Assembly: GCA_951812955.1 (NCBI GenBank)
Contig: OX638340.1
Coordinates: 2,528,001 to 2,592,000, forward strand
Direction of reading: 5' to 3'
Length of the DNA stretch: 64,000 nucleotides
DNA from: an uncultured Gemmatimonadota bacterium
GTDB taxonomy: Bacteria; JAAXHH01
The notes beneath the pieces are model-generated. The model worked only from the letters and a program-made list of their open reading frames with translations, was not told the origin of the DNA and searched no databases. Made by a program: the position numbers and the translations under genes. Position 1 is the stretch's first letter; every line of letters starts with the position of its first letter. Positions 14,298 to 23,620 of this stretch are shown in pieces.

Positions 14298-14446
14298 GGT
14301 GCGCTCCCGTAGTGTGGTAATACTCCGTATCCACGCATGCCATTTCGGAATCGTTCCTAATATCAAAGTAGCAAATGAAGAGGGTTGCAATTCCAGGTCG
14401 GAGAGATTAACTCCATAGATTGTGCGACTACGTTCATGCTGGAGAA

Positions 14447-16864
14447 TCACTCATACCTGAGCGCATCTACCGGGTTCAACGGTGCTTCTTTTGTAACATG
14501 GAAGGCAATCGTAGCGATGATTACTAACAGAATCCCCATGCTTACCAAGATGTAGAGGCTAAGGGGTGGAGAAACTCGATATGCGAAATCTTGTAACCAA
14601 ACGGCAGTAACCAAGTACGCCAACGGCCACGCTACCAGATTGGCGATCGCTGCCATAACTACAAACTGTCTAGACAGCAACTGAGTCAATTTCATAACTG
14701 TAGCACCCAGGGTCTTGCGTATGCCTAATTCCTTCGTTCTCTGTTTTGTGGTCAGGGAGACCAGGTTGAAAAGTCCCAGGAATGTCAAGATAGTAGCTAA
14801 GATGGTACAGACACCTATAAGCGAACCTAGACGTTTCTCCGGTACGTAAAGTCGATCAATATCGTCCTCCAAGAGGGAATAGATAAATGGAATTTCAGGA
14901 AAATAAGACTGCCAGGTAAGATCTAGGTAACTTAACGCAGATTCCATTTTCCCATCCTGAAAGCGCACCATCATGTGTTCGCCATTACCGTTCGTGAAAA
15001 CCATCGGTTCAACAGGCTGATAAGACGACCGGAAGTGGGCATCCGCAACGACACCTACAACCCTGCCTCGTTGGGTGATCTGAGGGTATACGATATCTAT
15101 CGTCTGGTCTACTGCTGACACTGGAGAAGTCCAACCTAGGTGGCGTACTGCCGTTTCGTTGAGAACAAGCTCGATTACGGGCAAAGGCCCAAAAGTCGAA
15201 TATGTAGCAAGACTCCTGTGCCTCAAAAAGCGTCCGTGTACCAGCTGTAAACCCAGTGTGTTTATGTAATCGTGCTCAACGCCCACAAATCGTACGGATC
15301 TGGAATTCCTCAGACTGTTTCCTGCCCGAGTTCGAACCATCCCATCACCCATTGTACCACGGGCAGGTTCAAGTGCCGGCACATAAGTTGAGAATGAAAC
15401 GCTGAGTACATCTGGCGATCTCAACATATCGTTTTTGAATCCGCTAGGTGGAACTAGTATTCCGCCTGGGAAGAAGCCTGTTATCAGGGGTACATTGACT
15501 ACATTTGATTCGTCAAAACCCTGGGGTTTGGTCAACATGTATTGAATCTGGATGTAGACCACGCAGGTGCTGATAATCAGAATAGTGGAGAGAGAAAACT
15601 GGATGATGATGAGCATCCGTTTCACCAGTGGAAAGTCCACTGAATGGCTGATTCTGTTTCCAAGAGAAAAGAGAGGGTGTACTCCTGACATAACCAAAGC
15701 CGGAAATCCTCCTGAAACGACTCCAACGATTATCGCAACGACAACTATCCCAAGCCAGATTCCAAAGTCTTCAGTAACGCCAAAAGAAAGCGTTTTACCT
15801 GTCAGCCAATTAAATGATGGCAGTGCAAGATAGGTCAAAATGAGAGCTAAAAACAAAACCAACATCACCATGGTTAAGGATGCAATCATATGCTGCCTGA
15901 TAATCTGAATTCGATCAGCACCGAAAATCTTAATCAAACCCACTTCCTTCATCTGATCAGCCGAATGAACCATAGACAGATTGACAAAATTGATTGAAGC
16001 GATGAGCAACAAGAAGATCGCACCTGAAATGAGCGCAAAGATGTAACTCACACTGCTATTCACCTCGAGTTCATTCAAAAGGCGGGAACGAAGGTGAATC
16101 TCCGTTAGTGGTTGAAGTATGAAACTATACTCCCGGATCCACGCGCTGTTGCTAGGTTTTACCGTTGATTCAAAATACCGCTGAAACTTGTCTTCGAGAA
16201 TTGAAGCCTGGTTACCTTCGTTCAACCGGACGTAGGTGTAATAGTCGGGACGCGACCAGTTGTCAATGTAGGATAGTTCATTGCCGAAACTCAGGAAGAA
16301 CCCAGCCTCGAAATGGGAGTTGACCGGGAAATCCTCCATTATCGCGGTAACGGTAAAATCCCATGTGTTGTCGGCTTGCAACACCTTACCGATGGGATCT
16401 TCCTCGCCAAAGTACTTTCTGGCGACTGACTCTGATATAACGACCTTGCCTATGCCATCCAACGCGTTGGTTTTGTTCCCCTTTACAAGTGGTATGGTAA
16501 AGACATCAAACAAGGAGGCTTCGGTCCAGTATACCTTATCTTCGTAAAAAGCACGATCACCGTACTGCATTAGCCAGATGGCCCTGGCCGCCCTTAAACG
16601 AACAGTACTTACAACTTCAGGAAAGTTCAGCTCAAGGGAACCTGAGGCGGCACCTGGAGTTCGGGCATTGGTGCCGTCAATCAATCGGAAGATCTCGTTG
16701 GCGTGTTCGTGGTGAGAATCGTATTTCAGTTCTTCCTGGATATACATCAGGGTTAAAATACACATAGCCATCCCGACAGTTATTCCGCTGATGTTTAATA
16801 TGGTATTGGATTTCTGCTTTAATAGTGCACGGGTGGAGATTTTCAGGTGGTGGGGTAGTTCCAT
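14447..16864 (-). CDS. ABC transporter permease, double FtsX-domain MacB-like (805 aa, copy B); low-GC
   Basis: Collinear with 8583-11027 over its whole length. About 47% GC, against ~62% for the flanks. Confidence 0.85.
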   Translation of the reverse strand: MELPHHLKISTRALLKQKSNTILNISGITVGMAMCILTLMYIQEELKYDSHHEHANEIFRLIDGTNARTPGAASGSLELNFPEVVSTVRLRAARAIWLMQYGDRAFYEDKVYWTEASLFDVFTIPLVKGNKTNALDGIGKVVISESVARKYFGEEDPIGKVLQADNTWDFTVTAIMEDFPVNSHFEAGFFLSFGNELSYIDNWSRPDYYTYVRLNEGNQASILEDKFQRYFESTVKPSNSAWIREYSFILQPLTEIHLRSRLLNELEVNSSVSYIFALISGAIFLLLIASINFVNLSMVHSADQMKEVGLIKIFGADRIQIIRQHMIASLTMVMLVLFLALILTYLALPSFNWLTGKTLSFGVTEDFGIWLGIVVVAIIVGVVSGGFPALVMSGVHPLFSLGNRISHSVDFPLVKRMLIIIQFSLSTILIISTCVVYIQIQYMLTKPQGFDESNVVNVPLITGFFPGGILVPPSGFKNDMLRSPDVLSVSFSTYVPALEPARGTMGDGMVRTRAGNSLRNSRSVRFVGVEHDYINTLGLQLVHGRFLRHRSLATYSTFGPLPVIELVLNETAVRHLGWTSPVSAVDQTIDIVYPQITQRGRVVGVVADAHFRSSYQPVEPMVFTNGNGEHMMVRFQDGKMESALSYLDLTWQSYFPEIPFIYSLLEDDIDRLYVPEKRLGSLIGVCTILATILTFLGLFNLVSLTTKQRTKELGIRKTLGATVMKLTQLLSRQFVVMAAIANLVAWPLAYLVTAVWLQDFAYRVSPPLSLYILVSMGILLVIIATIAFHVTKEAPLNPVDALRYE

Positions 16865-17226
16865 AACTGGCCTACAGATACTTAGTAAATGGTTCTAAGA
16901 GGGTTGTGATTAACGTCGAAGGGGCAGTTGAAAGTCTATAACTGCCTGTACGTTTAAACTCGTCCTCCGGTTTGATCAGCCCCAGACGTTCGCCGAGTGT
17001 TTTGGACTCGTCCACCACTGGCATTCAGCGAGGAGAGCATTTCCGTTGTCGGTGCGTGGAGCGTCGTTTGTTTTTTAACCTTGATGAATTCAATACCCAG
17101 ACGAAGTCGGTCAATCAACTCTTCCAACTGCTTGATTTGAATAGGCTAATAGAGGAAGTCACGGCGAAGGCTTCACTGGCAATATCGCGACTTTGATTCA
17201 GGTAGTTAATGTTGTCGTACGCATCT

Positions 17227-17400
17227 TAGTCTCCATGTGCGCTGTCAGGTTGGGTCTGTGACGGATTTTGTGTTACTGACTTTATCATGTTAAGGGCACT
17301 TTGTCTTCGTACATGATGATGAACTTGCTGGTGGCGGCCGTCCAGTTGGCGATGGGCCGTGTCTACCTTCGGGCCAGGTAGAGCAGTTTCCTGGCTACCC
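17227..17400 (-). mobile_element. IS256/mutator-family transposase C-terminal remnant (degraded, interrupted by stops)
   Basis: Minus-strand translation gives GVARKLLYLARR*TRPIANWTAATSKFIIMYEDKVPLN. This matches the conserved C-terminal LYLA.R....PI.NW..A.NqF.I.FedR block of IS256-family transposases. No intact ORF. Confidence 0.35.
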
Positions 17401-17707
17401 CGTCGGTGGGGAAGGCGCCGCCGCGCTATGGTCACCCCCAGTCTGCATGAGCACGTTCACCGCCCGTTACAATTCTGCTTCACATTGCATGGCGGCCAGC
17501 AATAGACTGGCAAAAGACGGTCAAAGGACAGGCGTAAACTTGTCGCTCTGAGTGCTATCCTTTACATAAACCTCTTCGACTCAGTCGTCTTCCACGGCTT
17601 CTTTATTCAGTCGACGTTTTCATCAAGCCCTTTAGATCCTCGTCGGTCTGTCTTGAAGCTACCGTGTATTTAACACCGCTCCCTTGTCATGAAGTACGAC
17701 CCACTCG

Positions 17708-18709
17708 TTAATTGACAATCTGCAATCTATTCTGGATCCCTCTTGTAAAAATAAACTGTCCATGCTGATCAATCCAGATCCCCTCGACGTATGGCATATC
17801 GTTCAGCAATCTCTGAGAACTTTCGATACCCATAACATAAGTCGCTGTGGCAAGCGCATCCGCTATCATTGCGTCGGGAGCGATAATCGTGGCGCTATGC
17901 ACGTGATCCGTCGAAGTCCCAAGTCGAGGATTGAGTATGTGTGTAATACGGCGACCTTGATTGATTTTGTAGTTTTCATAACCACCCGACGTCGCAACCG
18001 CCTCATCTTCGATTTCGACTGTGGCGCACAATGTATTGGGATGGTATGGAGACCGGATACCAATACGCCAAAGACGTTCAGGTTCTGGCCTTCCCATGGC
18101 AAGAACATCCCCACCTGCAGATATCAACCCGCATCTAATGTGGCGGTTTCGTAATACGTGAGCCATTCGATCCAATCCGTAACCTTTTGCTATTCCGCCA
18201 AAGTCTACCCCATAACCAGACGAAGCAATTCGTACTTTCTGTTCTTGCACTTGCAACTGATTAAAGTCTACCAGTTCGAGCATTTGCCGTAAGCTTCGAC
18301 TTGACGGATCACAATTATAAAATCCCCAGTGGTACATAATCGGTAGAATTGTCACATCGAAGGCACCATCTGTAATCTCGCCGATTCGTCTTGCTGTAGT
18401 CGCGACCTTGATAAAGTGGGGTGTTACGCCATGCCAAAGCCCATACATGTTGTTTACATGCGTAAGTTCACTGGTATTACGATAGAGGCTTAGCAGGCTG
18501 TCAATTTGAGCTAAAGCATCGAAGGCATCATAAATTGATTCTTTACTGTACTCGCATTCCTTGATTACAAGTTCTACTTTCGTCCCCATATGAATCTGAT
18601 GACGACGAACAAGCCTTTGCTTGTCTGACAATCCTGCGCCAAAATTGTATGGCACAAGTAACATTGCCGATGAAAGGCCGACCGATTTTATGAAATTGCG
18701 TCGCTTCAT
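17708..18709 (-). CDS. apbE: FAD:protein FMN transferase (ApbE family) with twin-arginine signal
   Basis: N-terminus MKRRNFIKSVGLSSAMLL has a Tat motif RRxFxK. ApbE-like blocks are present throughout (GIAKGYGLD, RCGLISAGGD, ADALATA). Low GC. Confidence 0.8.
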   Translation of the reverse strand: MKRRNFIKSVGLSSAMLLVPYNFGAGLSDKQRLVRRHQIHMGTKVELVIKECEYSKESIYDAFDALAQIDSLLSLYRNTSELTHVNNMYGLWHGVTPHFIKVATTARRIGEITDGAFDVTILPIMYHWGFYNCDPSSRSLRQMLELVDFNQLQVQEQKVRIASSGYGVDFGGIAKGYGLDRMAHVLRNRHIRCGLISAGGDVLAMGRPEPERLWRIGIRSPYHPNTLCATVEIEDEAVATSGGYENYKINQGRRITHILNPRLGTSTDHVHSATIIAPDAMIADALATATYVMGIESSQRLLNDMPYVEGIWIDQHGQFIFTRGIQNRLQIVN

Positions 18710-18778
18710 AGGGGCTATGCTATGATGGAATCTAGGACCATCTTTGTTTTCAAAAACAAGGCTACGTACAGAAAGCCC

Positions 18779-19378
18779 CTAACCTCGATGGATATGCCTA
18801 AGTCTATTGAGAGCATCAACAATATGAATCGAGCTTTTGGTAGCACCTGTGATTCCGTCGATATTTTCGCCTAATACGTAGAAATGTAGGTTCGGTTTCG
18901 ACTTAAATTGCCTCAGAAACCTCGTTTCATCCTCAACAGATAGTGGTTCACCGGAGAGTTCAAGGGGTTCAAGCACTCTGATATCATGGAGCCGACCCAA
19001 GTCATCGAGTGCGACGAGCATTCGGACGTTATTGCAAACAGGACATTTGAGATCCTCCTGTATTTCGTAGACGTAGCCAACAGTGTCGATTCGTTCGTCA
19101 AACACCACATATCGATCGTAACCTCTGAATTTCTCGTGTTTGCTAGAATAGCTTTCAGAGAAAGCGGATATAGTGAATTCCCTTAAGATACGATCGTCAA
19201 GTGGTGGGAATATGTCGGATGAAGTAATCGAACCACTTCCCGATCCCAAGTTCGACACGTGTGAGTAAATCACATCGTCATCACATGAATGTCCGGATAA
19301 GTAGACTATATTGACCACAGCAATTACTACTCCGGTTATAAGAAACATGGTTCTTTGAATGAGTTTGAAATTTCGCAT
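18779..19378 (-). CDS. membrane-anchored FMN-binding (FMN_bind) domain protein, predicted flavinylation substrate
   Basis: Start MRNFKLIQRTMFLITGVV (ATG ends at 19378) chosen by alignment to the copy-A paralog. N-terminal TM helix. C-terminal FMN_bind domain with flavinylation motif DGITGATKSS. CxxC (CPVCNN) within the domain. Confidence 0.7.
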   Translation of the reverse strand: MRNFKLIQRTMFLITGVVIAVVNIVYLSGHSCDDDVIYSHVSNLGSGSGSITSSDIFPPLDDRILREFTISAFSESYSSKHEKFRGYDRYVVFDERIDTVGYVYEIQEDLKCPVCNNVRMLVALDDLGRLHDIRVLEPLELSGEPLSVEDETRFLRQFKSKPNLHFYVLGENIDGITGATKSSIHIVDALNRLRHIHRG

Positions 19379-19515
19379 ACTACAACCGAACTCCATCTTC
19401 GTTTGAGCAGAAGAGGCCGAAGTTTGACTGGTTGTTCCTTGGGAGCCACGACATAGATTTGGGATTTCACTGACTGAACAGAATGTTGAGTTGAGGGGAG
19501 GCCGAGCCAATACAC

Positions 19516-19932
19516 TTATCTAAGGCGGAAGCTCATTGGAAAGTAGAATTGCGCAGATATAGGCTTTCCTTCCTTAGTCGCTGGCTTGAAAATCATCATT
19601 CGTGCTTGCGACAGTGCAAGACTATCTAGTTCTGGATGGGTCGACGATTCTATGATCGAAACAGATTCCACCGTGCCATCTGCCTTAGATCTTAAGAGAA
19701 GTACAACATCGCCTTCATTGCTGTACTTATCCTGTGGCGTGGGTCTAAACAATAGTCGTGGAGACGTATCCCAATCACCCACTTTAGCTATAACTTCAGT
19801 GTCAACTTGGGTTTCTTCCACCGGCACACTATCGTTCTCTACATTTCTGTCGTTACTGCAGGAGATGACTAACGAAAAGAGTACAATCTGGGACAGGCTG
19901 AATCGAAGCATTTGTGGAGCCCTTTCTGTCAT
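19516..19932 (-). CDS. TonB C-terminal-domain lipoprotein (copy B)
   Basis: Lipoprotein-type signal (..LFSLVISC, probable start at internal Met 19911). C-terminal segment GDVVLLLRSKADGTVESVSIIESSTHPELDSLALSQARMMIFKP is TonB_C-like. Paralog of 7015-7521. Confidence 0.6.
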   Translation of the reverse strand: MTERAPQMLRFSLSQIVLFSLVISCSNDRNVENDSVPVEETQVDTEVIAKVGDWDTSPRLLFRPTPQDKYSNEGDVVLLLRSKADGTVESVSIIESSTHPELDSLALSQARMMIFKPATKEGKPISAQFYFPMSFRLR

Positions 19933-20022
19933 ATGAGGTCGATTTCTGAACGCGAGGTAAATTCTGATTCATGTTCTAACTTTCAATGTGATTCAAAATC
20001 ACCAGTATAAGTTAAAACCTGA

Positions 20023-21735
20023 TCAATCGGGGCTATTGACCCGAGAAGTAAATCGAAAATTGTATTTAAATATCGTATTTTGGGGGACGATGAGTCGTGT
20101 TCCCATAGTGGGCATTAAACGAAACCTGCCTACAGACTCTAAGGCGATACTATCCAGTGCCGGATGTGCTGATGGTGTCTTTGTCCAAATCGAATCTACG
20201 ATACCATTTGAGTCGAAAAGTACGTTCACTGCAATTTCCATTTCGTCAAGATGACCGTACTCAAGAGGGAATGCACGACTCGTAGCCGTACCGAGGTGCA
20301 AGATTAGAGGTTCTTCATACGATGGCACAACATAGTCGTCAATGATCCCGTCGGTCACTAGTCGAATGTATTGGTCATATCCTTCCAAGGATCGCCAGGA
20401 ATCATCTTTTGTGAATCTGGCGATACTCTGTGCAAAAGATGTAAAAGGGAGGTCACCGATACGGCGAGGATGGGACATCATGTTGACGGATTGATTGTTG
20501 GCGTACGATCTGATAAAAAGACTCGATTCATCTATCGGCATGGAAGACACGTTATCGAAGTATCGTGTGAAAGTTGACCGGTCCGACCCGTTGGAATCAT
20601 GGGCTTCGGTGGACGGCATGTTAGTGAAGTATTGAGAGATATCAAATCGGTCTGACCCGCTGGATGCCTGCACTTCGCGATAGGTAGTTGTAGTCAGATA
20701 GTACTCCACATTTGAAACGTAGAATACGGAAATGGTCGCATCATGAGACCGGACGTAGTCTGATATACCACGCAAGGCTGTTTCACCGGCGAAATCACCT
20801 ACGACTGGAACGATCAAGTTCCTCCCGTGCAACTTCTTGACGACGTCAAATGCACTATCATCAGCAAGGAAGTTGGCTTGCTCCCCACTTATCGTTTCTG
20901 CAAGAATCAACTCCCGCAGACTCGGGAAATTAAAGGTTGCATCCCCCGGTGTTCCCAGATCGTACTGGATGTCTAACTGGCTCCTGAAGAAAGCCTGATA
21001 GACTCGTTCGACAGCTTTCATATCTTCCATCGAGTCTATGCCATACGAATGTAAATGGGACTTGATGACCCGGAGATTTCGCTCGTAGAGTTTTACATCG
21101 GGATCTATTCCGTCGAAATATGCGATCAGCGTTGCAACAGATGATTCACTTCGAGACCAGGGCCGGACCGGTCCTCCCTTAAATATCTCGGCCAGGTAGG
21201 AGAGATTCCGGTTCAATGGTTTGCTGAGCAGCCTAGACAGGAATTCAGCACTGTCGCTGGACTGAGCGAAGAGGGACTTGTAGATCAGGTGCAACAGCAT
21301 GTTATCGCGACGAATGTCAACCACGAAAGCCATGTGCGGCCTGGTCTCGGCGATGTAGGTAAAATTCTGTTCGGGGCCGACACCCACATAAACGCCACCG
21401 GAAACGTGCCGTTCGCGTAGTACGGCAAATGGATGCAGGTAAGAAGATTCGTTTGAGGTGAAATTGGTTGAATGAAAGGAGCCACCCGTCTCCGACAGTT
21501 CTCTAATCAGGTTCGAGAAGGCTGGCGTGGACAGTGAGTCCGGGAGGGCACCTGCTCTTGGATATGGCTTTACAGTCCTCTTGTTAGACCAATCAGAAGG
21601 ATTGTAACACTGGACTGCAAACAACATCACGACAACACCTGCCGTTATCCATGTTGTTGTTTTCCATATAACCATATCCGAGGATTTCCAAGCAGCTAAA
21701 GATTGACCTAAGTATTGTGAAAGTCTCTCAGCCAC
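20023..21735 (-). CDS. hypothetical membrane-anchored protein (570 aa) with C-terminal TonB_C-like domain
   Basis: N-terminal TM helix (WITAGVVVMLFAV). Large domain with a glycine-rich GVYVGVGPEQNFTYIA ... AFVVDIRRDNM segment. C-terminal ~80 aa (NGIVDSIWTKTPSAHPALDSIALESVGRFRLMP) resembles the TonB_C fold. Low GC. Confidence 0.5.
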   Translation of the reverse strand: MAERLSQYLGQSLAAWKSSDMVIWKTTTWITAGVVVMLFAVQCYNPSDWSNKRTVKPYPRAGALPDSLSTPAFSNLIRELSETGGSFHSTNFTSNESSYLHPFAVLRERHVSGGVYVGVGPEQNFTYIAETRPHMAFVVDIRRDNMLLHLIYKSLFAQSSDSAEFLSRLLSKPLNRNLSYLAEIFKGGPVRPWSRSESSVATLIAYFDGIDPDVKLYERNLRVIKSHLHSYGIDSMEDMKAVERVYQAFFRSQLDIQYDLGTPGDATFNFPSLRELILAETISGEQANFLADDSAFDVVKKLHGRNLIVPVVGDFAGETALRGISDYVRSHDATISVFYVSNVEYYLTTTTYREVQASSGSDRFDISQYFTNMPSTEAHDSNGSDRSTFTRYFDNVSSMPIDESSLFIRSYANNQSVNMMSHPRRIGDLPFTSFAQSIARFTKDDSWRSLEGYDQYIRLVTDGIIDDYVVPSYEEPLILHLGTATSRAFPLEYGHLDEMEIAVNVLFDSNGIVDSIWTKTPSAHPALDSIALESVGRFRLMPTMGTRLIVPQNTIFKYNFRFTSRVNSPD

Positions 21736-21771
21736 TTCTTTTGACTAAGAGACTCTCACGCCGGATCAGCC

Positions 21772-23055
21772 CTAACAACTTCTACCACCATTACAGTAAC
21801 AACCTACATAGCCCCACACATATGCATCCCCACAGTCATCATAATAACTACAATATACGCGATGGGCCAGGACCGCATAGGCAAAGGAGAAGGGCAACGC
21901 GCACTGCAACCCCACGTGGACGATTCGATCGAGCATCCAGACTATCACGGGTAGGGCTGGACCGGATGCCGGAACCAGACCCCAAGAGGACAGGAGCGTG
22001 CCGGGTTTCGTGATTGTCCACATCGGCGCGAGGATGAGGGCCAGGATGAATCCGGCCTCGATAATCTGGAGGCGTATGCGCTGTTGCTGGCTCGCCACGA
22101 AACGCTGGGCAATCAGTAGGCATCCTGTTAAGATAACAACGAGGAGAGGAAACATTGGAACGGGAATGGGCTCAACTATGCGGACGACGAACTGCGCAAT
22201 CTCATTATTCCAACCATGGGTGATGCTCAGTAAGTAGATCGAATGTAAGACTATCCACACAAAGAGAGGCGTCAGGATGAACAATGCTTTTTTTCGTAAC
22301 CATTCTCCAAAGACAGACGAACTTGGAAAAACAGTTAATATCTGAAAGATAAGAACAGTTTCCAGGATTGTTGCTAATACGACGATGTATATACTGAGCG
22401 ATAGTAACCAAACCGGCCATCCTGCGATCATGGGATGAAAGGCAGGAGACGATGTGAGCGCCGTAGCGAGGAAGAGCAACGCGCATCGAAAGGCGATGAC
22501 GTTTAGATGACTGCGGAATCCCATCCAAGTACCAAAACCTAACAGCACGATCGGGAAGATCAGAAAGGGTCCTCTTTGGAACCAGGTCATCTCCGCGACA
22601 CCCATCACAATCTCCTGCTGATCAACCTGTAGGGTGTAAGGTACCTCTTCGATCTCCTCAAGTGTCATGATACCGGTATGTATCCGATCTTCGCGAAGCC
22701 AGACGATTTCGATACGTTCTCCGGGTTGACTTTGCAAACGTGCCTGGAAATAGGCTTCTGGTCGTGATCTCAGGTCGATTCCATTTACCGATATGATCCG
22801 GTCGCCCGACTGTATTCCTGCCAGGTCGGCCGGACTTCCGTTCTCGATCTGTACTGCGATGATACCTTCGTCTTGGCGAATCCGGACGAGATGAAACCAC
22901 GTACCTTCCTGTAGATTGCTAACGGCGCTCTTCGTCAACCCCGGCGTTTGTATCATCTCGCTACCAAAAAATTGAATGCCGGGCGACCAGTGTTCGATCT
23001 GCGTGAATCGAACAAGTGTCCACGCCACCAGACCCAATTGCATGCATAGCAGCAA
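21772..23055 (-). CDS. PDZ-domain polytopic membrane protein with Cys-rich C-terminal tail
   Basis: N-terminal TM followed by a PDZ domain (GSPADLAGIQSGDRIISVNGIDL). About 8 predicted TM helices. Tail CSYYDDCGDAYVWGYVGCYCNGGRSC. Low GC. Confidence 0.5.
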   Translation of the reverse strand: MLLCMQLGLVAWTLVRFTQIEHWSPGIQFFGSEMIQTPGLTKSAVSNLQEGTWFHLVRIRQDEGIIAVQIENGSPADLAGIQSGDRIISVNGIDLRSRPEAYFQARLQSQPGERIEIVWLREDRIHTGIMTLEEIEEVPYTLQVDQQEIVMGVAEMTWFQRGPFLIFPIVLLGFGTWMGFRSHLNVIAFRCALLFLATALTSSPAFHPMIAGWPVWLLSLSIYIVVLATILETVLIFQILTVFPSSSVFGEWLRKKALFILTPLFVWIVLHSIYLLSITHGWNNEIAQFVVRIVEPIPVPMFPLLVVILTGCLLIAQRFVASQQQRIRLQIIEAGFILALILAPMWTITKPGTLLSSWGLVPASGPALPVIVWMLDRIVHVGLQCALPFSFAYAVLAHRVYCSYYDDCGDAYVWGYVGCYCNGGRSC

Positions 23056-23620
23056 GGCAAGTGTACAAACTATGAGATATCGATAGTTGAAAAACTTCAG
23101 TTGAGATCACCCCTGAGACTATGGACTGGATTCCGCAATACATGTTGCGTTGTGCCGACAATCGCCGTAAAGAGTTCAATTATAGACTATTCAGAGAAGA
23201 CGTGTCGGCAGCTTTGAAGAAATGTTACGAAACAGTAAGTGTCAAGAAAGTGCTGGTCACTGGTATTAGTCGTTACAAGGACCAGAACGAGGTCTTGTAG
23301 AAAATACTGGTCTAAACTAACACGGAATAGGAAAGGGAAGGTATTGCGAAACTATTGCTTGCGTTGTAGAACCGGCCATTCAACTCTGTGTGGTCGATTC
23401 AACCTGGCGGACCGCAGGTCGATTGGATTGTTCTTAAGGCTTTTTCAACTCGATTGTGTATCGTAGCCACGAGTTTTTAGCCGAAACAAAGCGACGCCCT
23501 TAAAACTTGACACCAGAAGCTGGATCGCAACATATTAGAGTTTTCCCGGTGAGTTGCCTTGTTTGAACTTTAAATGACTCGTAGAACGGAAGAGAGCGGT
23601 CCTGAAGAGGAGGAGTGTTC

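Noticed and set aside
14298-14450. Upstream extension of ATPase B (MILQHERSRT...) overlapping the permease B 3' end
   Set aside because: Alignment with ATPase A shows homology starting at MIRTEHLKK (ATG at 14295-14297). The extension has no counterpart.
6148-23055. Possibility that the MacB/ApbE region is a phage-defence or toxin-antitoxin island
   Set aside because: No nuclease, helicase, methyltransferase, reverse-transcriptase or small toxin/antitoxin ORFs are present. The content is envelope/redox-type (ABC exporter, flavin transferase, TonB-C folds).
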